This document shows, in pieces, positions 54,778 to 64,000 of a stretch of 64,000 nt of DNA; the stretch's first letter is position 1, and every line of letters begins with the position of its first letter. Origin of the DNA: Octopus vulgaris (lineage: Eukaryota); assembly GCA_951406725.2 (NCBI GenBank), contig OX597816.1:5208001-5272000 (forward strand), in the 5' to 3' direction. The position numbers were made by a program, and so were the translations under genes. The notes beneath the pieces were generated by a model, which saw only the letters and a list, made by a program, of their open reading frames with translations, did no database searches and had not been told where the DNA came from.

Positions 54778-55466
54778 ATGGATGTAAGAATATAGTTCCA
54801 TCTAACACATCCATAATCCTTGGAGATTCCTCAAATGGTGCTGGCTAGTAGGAGACAGAATCTTCAGAGTTCGTTTTAAATGGTGTGATCCATTCTTGTA
54901 TTGATTTTTGGTTCATTTTATATGCGAGGTCTCACGTATTATTTACAAAAACTAAAGAAATATTGTGGCCGAACGGAACTAAGTCGATATGACTATCAGT
55001 GTTTTGTACATCCAGTGACTCAGCAATTATAGATAAGCTGTGATACAGAAGCGGAGGAAGATGACGCCACAACAGTTTATAGATTGGTATCGGCTTCACT
55101 ATTCCAATGCAGTACACACACACACACACATACACACACATACATACATACATACATGGATGATGTGTATGTGTATGCATCTATGTATCCACACATGCTT
55201 CTGTATACATATAGCTCTGTATACATATATGCACACACAAATACATATGGGTGTGTATGTATGCGTATATATAAATATATATATTTAAATTAAAATATAT
55301 ATGTGTGTTATTTGTTTGTGTGAATATATGTATGTATGTATATATATAAATGTATACATAGATATATCTATGCATATATATATATAAATATATATATACT
55401 CACATATGTATGTATGCGCATATATATACATATATATATATATGTATCTATCTATCTATCTATCTA

Positions 55467-55518
<52 letters not shown>

Positions 55519-55622
55519 TACATATATATATACATACATATATATATTTATATATATATATATATATATATACATATATATATACATATATATGTACATA
55601 TATATATATGTAGATATATATA

Positions 55623-55711
<89 letters not shown>

Positions 55712-56049
55712 TATAATCCACATGATGATTCAGCACAGATAGTCATTTTGTCTACTAAGTCTTTTTTCTTTTTCTTTTCAGTTTTTTTTTTTTTGTTTGT
55801 TCTTGTTTTTGTTCACCCAGTGTGGAATGGTCAATTTACAGTTAATCAATAACCTGCTGTGACTTGCCTTCCTCCTCTCTTCTATCACAATAACTGAGTC
55901 ATTGATTAATCATTGGGGAAGAAGAAGAAGAAGAAGAAGAAGAAGAAGAAGATTATGTTGAAGATGTGTCCAGAAGGACTTAGTAAATGTACACACATAC
56001 ACATACATATATATATACAAATATCCAAACACACATACGCACACACATG

Positions 56050-56219
<170 letters not shown>

Positions 56220-56351
56220 TAATACACACATGCACACATATACACATGTGCATACACACACTCATGTATATATTTATATATATATATATACACACATATA
56301 TATATATATATGCACATATTAATTACAAGTGTGATAAGAAGTATTGATACA

Positions 56352-56410
56352 GTGCTTCCTGCCGATGAGTTTCAAGAGACCAAAATCCCTTGAAATGAAA
56401 ATTCCAGCAC
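56352..56410 (+). ncRNA. Hammerhead-ribozyme-like motif (U4C variant, palindromic stem III)
   Basis: GTG-cttc-CTG-CCGATGA-GTTTCAAG(12 nt)CTTGAAAT-GAAA-at-TC-CAGCAC. Confidence 0.6.
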
Positions 56411-56563
56411 CCGCCACAGACAAATATCATCTGCTATGATGTATGTGTGTGCTTTTGTGTACCAAGTGCCAATATGATGAGAGGCGTTTTGAAAACCAAT
56501 AATGCAGTATTTGGTGCTGTAACAAGACTTCAATGTATATATATATGTGTGTATATATATTCT

Positions 56564-56630
<67 letters not shown>

Positions 56631-56707
56631 GTTGATAGATAGATAGGTAGATAGATAGAAGAGTAGAATGGAGTAAGTGGAGCAAAAGTGCCGATGAAAA
56701 CAAAAAG

Positions 56708-56752
56708 TGTCGCTGAAGAGGTCACAGATGTGTGACAAAAGATTTCCAGACA
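56708..56752 (+). ncRNA. Hammerhead-ribozyme-like motif (G12A decayed)
   Basis: TGTCG-CTGAAGA-g-GTCACA(gatg)TGTGAC-aAAA-gatt-TC-CaGACA. Confidence 0.55.
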
Positions 56753-56932
56753 ATGGACATGAGTTAGAATAAGAACAGTAAGAAACGAGTGAAGAACAAA
56801 CATTTAGCACGTGCGTGTGTTTATTTGGAAAAAAAAATGACCGTCCCAAAATACAACAATATATATAGATATATTTATATACATACATATGTGTGTATAT
56901 ATGTATAAATATGTATATGTGCACATACATAT

Positions 56933-56991
<59 letters not shown>

Positions 56992-57100
56992 GACACATAT
57001 AGATAGATAGATAGATAGATACACATCTATATATGCAAGTAGTAGTAAAAGTAGTAGTAGTAGTAGCAGTAGTATATTTGGGAAAAATGACTATTCTGAA

Positions 57101-57150
<50 letters not shown>

Positions 57151-59931
57151 TATATGGCCTGCTCGCTTAGCCAGCGGGGTGGCGTCGTTCAAAGGCTAAA
57201 ACAATGAGAATGCATTGTGATTAGTGATGTGTAAAAACATCTGATAGTCTGGTCGGTCACGAAAGAAAGAAAGAAATATACACATATAGTAGTAATTTGT
57301 TATTGAAAATATTTGCATTTTTTGCAAGGTAGGGTTGGACATGTCAAGGCTTTTTTTTTTCTTTCCCCAAACCATATAAGTCTGGTTTAGACAGCCCTTC
57401 TTCAAACATTCTGTAAAAATGTTCTTCCCTATTAAATTCATAGCAAAAAAATATCTTTACCCCCTCTCCCTCTTCCCCTTCCTTCCTCTTGGTGTCAGAG
57501 ATGTTTATATGATGTTGTTTGTTTTTTTATTGTTATTGGTGTTGTATCTTTAATTCAGTCGGAGTCCATAATGTTGTAAAAGGAAAATACAAGTCTACGA
57601 TGTTCTGCCTTTCTCGAGACCATTAATGTCATAAACGATGTGAAATGGCTTCAATTTGGAATCGAAAATTGCTTCATAGATTGAGTTTATTTCTTGCTAC
57701 GACACACTCATCACTTATTATGTTTATGAAAATATTTTTATTGGCTTCACATCAATGAAAGGATAAATAGGAAACTTCATAGCAAAGAAATATTTGAAAC
57801 CCTGATTTCAAGCCGTCTTTTGTAGAGGATCAGCTCATCAGATAACTTTATCAAAGATAATCAACCGGAATTTTAAGAGATTAAATGGTGGTTTATGTCA
57901 TAAAGAATAAATTCACCAAACAGCAAACCATGAATTAGTTGAGTGTACGGAGAGAAGACGTTAGCATTACAGGAATCGAGTTAGCTTTTATCTTTTACTT
58001 ACTTCAGCCATTTGACTGTGGCCAGGCTGGGGCACTGCCTTGAAGAATTTTTAGTCGAACAAATCAACATCAATACTTATATATTTTTTTTAAAGTCTGC
58101 TGCATATTTTATTGGTTTTGTTTGCCAAACTGCTGAGTAACAGTTATGTAAAAACACCAATAGCACTTGTCAAGCAGTGGTGGTAGACAAATGTGGACAC
58201 AAAGACACATACCCATACATCCAAGAACATGCGTGTGTGATCGTTGCCAGGGCCATGGATTGGCTCCTGTGCTGGTGACATGTGAATAGCACCATTCGAG
58301 CGTGATCGTTGCCAGCGTCACCTTACTGGCACATGTGCTGGTGGCACGGGAAAAACAACATTCAAGCATGGTCTTTGTCAGTACCATCAGATTGGCTCCC
58401 ATGCAGGTAGCACGTAAAACCACCTTTTGAGCGTGATCGTTGCCAGAACTGTCTGACTGGCCCTTGTGCCAATGGCATGTAAAAGCACCCACTTACACTC
58501 ACGGAGTGGTTGGCATTTGGAAGGGCATCCAGCTGTAGAAACCTTGCCAGATCAGATTGAGCCTGGTGCAGCCTCCTGGCTTGCCAGTCCTCAGTCAAAC
58601 CATCCAACCCATGCCAGCATGGAAAGCGGATGTTAAACGATGATGATGATAATATATCATCCTCCTCATCATCATATGAATGTATATTTCTATCTTTCAA
58701 CAAATATATCATCGTCATTGTCACCATCATCGTTTAACATGTGCCTTCCATGCTAGCATGGATAATATATATATATAAATTCAGGGTGAATACTTGATAA
58801 GTATAAGCACCTGTATATGTCAGCTAGTAGCAGAGGTGTACTGCGACATCCTTTGTGTTCTGTTTTTTATTTCATTTGATACATATATACATATATATAT
58901 ATATATATTAAATAATAAAAGAGTGTAACTCTATCCACAAAATAACATGGAAGGGCTCAAATATCAAAGTCCAAGGATGGAGAGAAAACAGGTTAGTTTA
59001 TCATTTTCCTAGTCCAGCCAATACATATTCAAATTGGCAATGCAATCAAATATAAATAACACTGAAGCAAAGTAACACCAAATATATAGTGCGTGTGTTT
59101 TTATTGGCTAAGCTGGCAAAATGACCATTCCGAAATGCAATGCCTATTTCAACACACGACTTCACATAAAGAATCTTGCACAACAAATATATAAACATAT
59201 ATATATTCCTTTTATTATAATCCCAAAGTTGGGTGAAAACAATACTCATACAGAAAATTGCATTGGACAAAATGAATTAAATTAAAAGCACGAGCAGGTG
59301 AGATGGTTAAAAGATTTACAAAAGTCCTCATATGAAATAAAATTAAATAAAGGCGATTTAAAACTGCCCTCGAATGAAATAAAAATAATAAAGCAGTTCC
59401 CAAATGAAATAGAAAATATGAAATGAGATATCTTACAATCGTTTCAGGGAATACGCAAAGCAAAAGCTTATTTCCTGGTAGTTGGTAACTCAGCCAGTAG
59501 ACCGAGATGCTCTGCAAGAACTTATCAGAAAGAACAGCAGCAACCAGTTTTATCCTTCAATCCCTAATTGGTTTCTGTTATAGCAAGGGGGCTTTCGTCT
59601 CTCTTTATCAAGGTTCCAATATCACTATTCTTTAATGAACGACTGCTGGCAAGGTTAGACATTGACTCTTCCTCAAGGCCAATCAAATTATTCTATTTTG
59701 AAATTATTTAGACTCGCTAATTGCCAATGCAGGGCATCGCTGAAATTCCTCAAATCCTGCTGTTTGGTTTGTTACTTGTTTCCGTCAATAATTCCGCTCC
59801 TCAAGTCGTGATTTCTCCTGACAACCAGAAGAAATACGAAAATGGTAAATGATTTCAATGCTAATGGGGAATCCATGGTGAACCACCAACTCACAGAGAC
59901 CCAACAACTAATAAACAGTATTAGTCTTTTA

Positions 59932-60325
59932 CTCTTTTACTTGTTTCAGTCATTTGACTGCGGCCATGCTGGAGCACCGCCTTTAGTCAAGCAAATCGAC
60001 CCCGGGACTTATTCTTTGTAAGCCCAGTACTTATTCTATCGGTCTCTTTTGCCGAACCGCTAAGTGACAGGGACGTAAACACACCAGCATCGGTTGTCAA
60101 GCAATGCTAGGGGACAAACACAGACACACAAACATATACACACACACTTATATATATATACATATATACGACAGGCTTCTTTCAGTTTCCGTCTACCAAA
60201 TCCACTCACAAGGCATTGGTCGGCCCGGGGCTATAGCAGAAGACACTTCCCCAAGATGCCACGCAGTGGGACTGAACCCGGAACCATGTCCTTGGTTAGC
60301 AAGCTACTTACCACACAGCCACTCC
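59932..60325 (-). mobile_element. SINE family C, young copy
   Basis: 13-bp TSD TATTAGTCTTTTA at 59919-59931 and 60326-60338; inserted at the tail of an older family C copy. Confidence 0.92.
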
Positions 60326-61587
60326 TATTAGTCTTTTATTCTTTTACTTGTTTCAATCATTTGACGGTGGCCATGCTGCAGCACCACCTCGAGGGGTTTG
60401 GGCTGCACAAATCGACCCCAGGACTTATCTTTTAAAGCCTGACACTTATTCTATCAGTCTCTTTTGCTGAACTGCTAAGTCATGGGGACATAAACACACC
60501 AACACTGATTATGAAGTGGTGATGGGGTTACAAACACCAACACGCACATAGATATATATATATACAAAAGGGGCTTCTTTCAATTTCCATCTACCAAATC
60601 CACTCACTAGACTTTGCTCAGTCCGAAGCTATAGTCAAAGGCACTTGCCCAAAGTGCCATACGGTGGAACTGAACCCAGAGCCATGTGGCTGGGAAGCAA
60701 GCTTCTTTACCACACAACCACACCTGCATCTATATCAATAATATTTCGAACACCAACCCTCCATCCCCATCCATCAACAGTTCTTCCTCTCATCTATGTT
60801 CACATGTTTCTTCTCCTTAAATATTCTTTTCTTATGCACAAAGGATTCGCACAGTTTAGCCATTACCATTCTACAAGACAGCATTCACTCCTTAACTTCA
60901 TGCCACAGTTGGGAACATCTAAGAAGCATTAAAATCCTTTAACTATTGTCAATGTTCTTCATTGTTTCCCATCAATTCCTTACACTTTGAAAGTTAGTTT
61001 AATACCCCGTCCCCAATCATGTGACTAAATTTAGACCCAGCAGCTTATTTCTAAGACAGAATTGCCATATTCTTATGTATTATGTATTTAGTCTCACATG
61101 ACTGTCAGAATCCAGTCCAATTGATGTCAGCTAACACTAAGAAGAAGGATGCGAAGATTATGAAAAATACATGAAATGCGAGCTAGATGTTGCCAGTGTC
61201 CCTGTAACCCTCAGGGTACTTAGGCTTATTCTTGTAACTGTACACATACATATATAATACATATGCATTCACACATATCAAAACATCTGTACAAAGATGT
61301 ATATTTACACACACATACACACACACACACACACACACTAAAATACGCATACATATACACATATACATATACACACTCCTACATACACAGAGATGCACAC
61401 ATGAATATTCATATGCATATACAATTTGTATGGCTACACACACATAAACACACACACACATAAACACACAAACACACACACATACACACACATACATACA
61501 CACAAACACACACACACACACACACATGCAGGGATCATTACATATTCATAATTTCTGACAAATACCACAACACAGTAACAATACAAC

Positions 61588-61642
<55 letters not shown>

Positions 61643-62268
61643 CATTTATTTATCTATTTATTTATTAGTATAATATATATATTCATACATACATATATAT
61701 ATACATACATACACACACACAGAGGAATCCATACATGCTATCTCTCATATTTACACGGACACAAGATAACATACATACATACTAGGAAACTGATGCATAT
61801 ATATGCATATATATATATATTTACATACACACACATACGCACACACATACACAGACACAAATACACAATCACCCAATATCTTTTCACAAGACATATCTGC
61901 AGTGTACATGTTGTTATCTGGGCCTCCGAGATGAACGTTTATCGCAAAATATCCAATACATAATTTCCTAATGCATGCATAATATATATGTGTGTATGCG
62001 TCTGTGTATGCCTCTGTGTGTGTGTGTTTAAACGTCTGTGTGAGTGTCTGTGCGTGTGTGTGAGAGAGAGGAAGAGAGAGAGAGAGAGAGAAAGAGAGTT
62101 GGTTTATGGATATGATCAGTTCACAAACAGATTATGATTATTGATATTGCTGCTCATCATACTGGAACTGTTGATAGGTGAAGGAGATATCAACCTGGTC
62201 ACAACCATGTGGCATATATCGCATGACATGCTTAACATTCAAGCTACACACACACAAGCATATATATA

Positions 62269-62522
62269 TCATCATCATCGTCATCATCATCATCATCATT
62301 TAGCGTCCGTTTTCCATGCTAGCGTGGGTTGGACGGTTCGACCGGGGATCTGGAAAGCCAGAAGGCTGCACCAGGCTCCGGTCTTATCTGGCAATGTTTC
62401 TACAGCCGGATGCCCTTCCTAACGCCAACCACTCCGCAAGTATAGTGGGTGCTTTTTACGTGCCACCCGCACAGGAGCCAAACGGAGCTGGCAAATGACC
62501 ACAAACGGATGGTGCTTTTAAC

Positions 62523-62563
<41 letters not shown>

Positions 62564-63028
62564 TATATACATTTATAAATATATATATATTTATATTAAA
62601 TACATATATATGTAAATCAAATTCGATGACTGGCATCCGTGCTAGCGGGGTGCAAAGAGTACCATACGAGTGTGATCGTTGACAGAGCAGCTAAACGACT
62701 TCCGTGCCAGTGGCACTTAAGAGGCACTATTCGAGCCTGATCGTTACCAGCATCGCCTTACTGGCACTCAAGCCCCGTGCTAGTAGGGTATTAAGAGCAC
62801 AATCCGAGCATGATCATTGCCAGAGCGACTAAGTGGCCTCTGTGCCAGTGGCACGTAAAAGCACCCACTACACTCTCAGAGTGGTTGGCGTTAGAAAGGG
62901 CATCCAGCTGTAGAAACTCTGCCAGACCAAGATTGAAGCTTGGTGCAGCAATCTGGTTTGCCAGCCTTCAGTCAATCGTCCAACCCATGCTAGCATATAA
63001 AGTGGACGTTAAGCGATGATGATGATGA
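62269..63028. mobile_element. Two adjacent RTE 3' UTR copies in inverted orientation
   Basis: 62269-62521 (-) and 62620-63028 (+), separated by about 100 bp of (TA)n. Confidence 0.88.
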
Positions 63029-63288
63029 TATATATATATATATATATGTATATATGTACATATAAAAAATGTATACATATCGATAGGGCAATCAGTCTGC
63101 TGTTTAAGTAGCATATAAACATTTTTTTAAACTTGAAATAAAGATATGATCTTAATGGATGAAGTGAGTAACTGAATTTGCGTTTGTATGCGGCTACCAA
63201 TACATACATGCATTCATATAGGTATACATATATATATATATATATATACTTATACATACATATAAACATACATATGTATGTAGGTATG

Positions 63289-63335
<47 letters not shown>

Positions 63336-63345
63336 GAGGAGGAAA

Positions 63346-63613
63346 CCCCCTTCAGTCATGAATGACCGTGGGATTGCACCTAGAAAGTTACCCTCCCAGG
63401 CACACAGGTCCGGGCAAAGTTGTTTGTGGAAGGCCAGCAGTCACCCATGCATACCAGCCCCACCTCCCCACTCATTTGTACAGTTGAGTTAACTGGAGCA
63501 ACGTGAAACAAAGTGTCTTGCTCAAGAACACGAAACCCAGCCCAGTCCACGAATCGAACACACAACCTCGCAATGGTAAGCTCAACGCTCTAACCACTGA
63601 GCCATGCACTTTC
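63346..63613 (-). mobile_element. SINE family D
   Basis: Homologous to 11596-11925, with an internal deletion. Confidence 0.82.
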
Positions 63614-64000
63614 ACAGGCAAATAAAAAACAGGAAAACACACGACAAAAGTCAATTGGACATACACAGTGAATTTATAAGATTGATGCACAGTGAAAGTC
63701 TGAGACGGAAAAATAGGAGTGGAGATGATGCAAATAAACTACTTAACCACACAGATACACTGAGCTTCTTATAGCAGAAACAGCTGTAAGCCAATGAAGT
63801 GCATTAAATGAGTTTTGTTCTTTTGTCATTCATTAATTAATATTATACTTTGTACTTGCCAATCACTTTACTTGAAAGCATACATATACTAAGTTCTAAC
63901 GGTAGCTTACTAATATTACAATGCCTAAGCAAATTTATAACAAGTATATGTTGTGGCACTTCGTCGGTTGATGTTCTGTATATATACATGGATGTGTGTA

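Noticed and set aside
59425-59535. Minus-strand half hammerhead (TCCCT-GAAA-CGATTG-TA-AGA)
   Set aside because: No matching CUGANGA box with complementary stems I and II was found.

Overview
Eukaryotic, very AT-rich and repeat-saturated DNA with no operons, rRNA, true tRNA genes, CRISPR or recognisable host protein. The microsatellite density and the SINE/LINE mix suggest an intronic or intergenic stretch of a coleoid cephalopod (Octopus-like) genome; this is an inference, not a database match. Contents: (i) about 25 5'-truncated RTE-clade LINE 3' ends with (GAT)n tails; (ii) seven R4/Dong-like LINE fragments from several families, almost all in (TAA)n; (iii) CR1-like and CR1/L2-group LINE tails; (iv) four or more tRNA-derived SINE families, several with clean TSDs; (v) a non-autonomous Helitron, a piggyBac-type MITE and other inverted-repeat elements; (vi) very large compound microsatellites that produce most of the ORF track. 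The most interesting signal is a set of at least five mutually dissimilar hammerhead-ribozyme-like folds (12.7, 16.2, 46.0, 56.4, 56.7 kb, plus a scrambled one at 37.5 kb) in short islands abutting (TA)n, consistent with Penelope-like or retrozyme-like elements. All folds and alignments were done by eye and most element boundaries are approximate.
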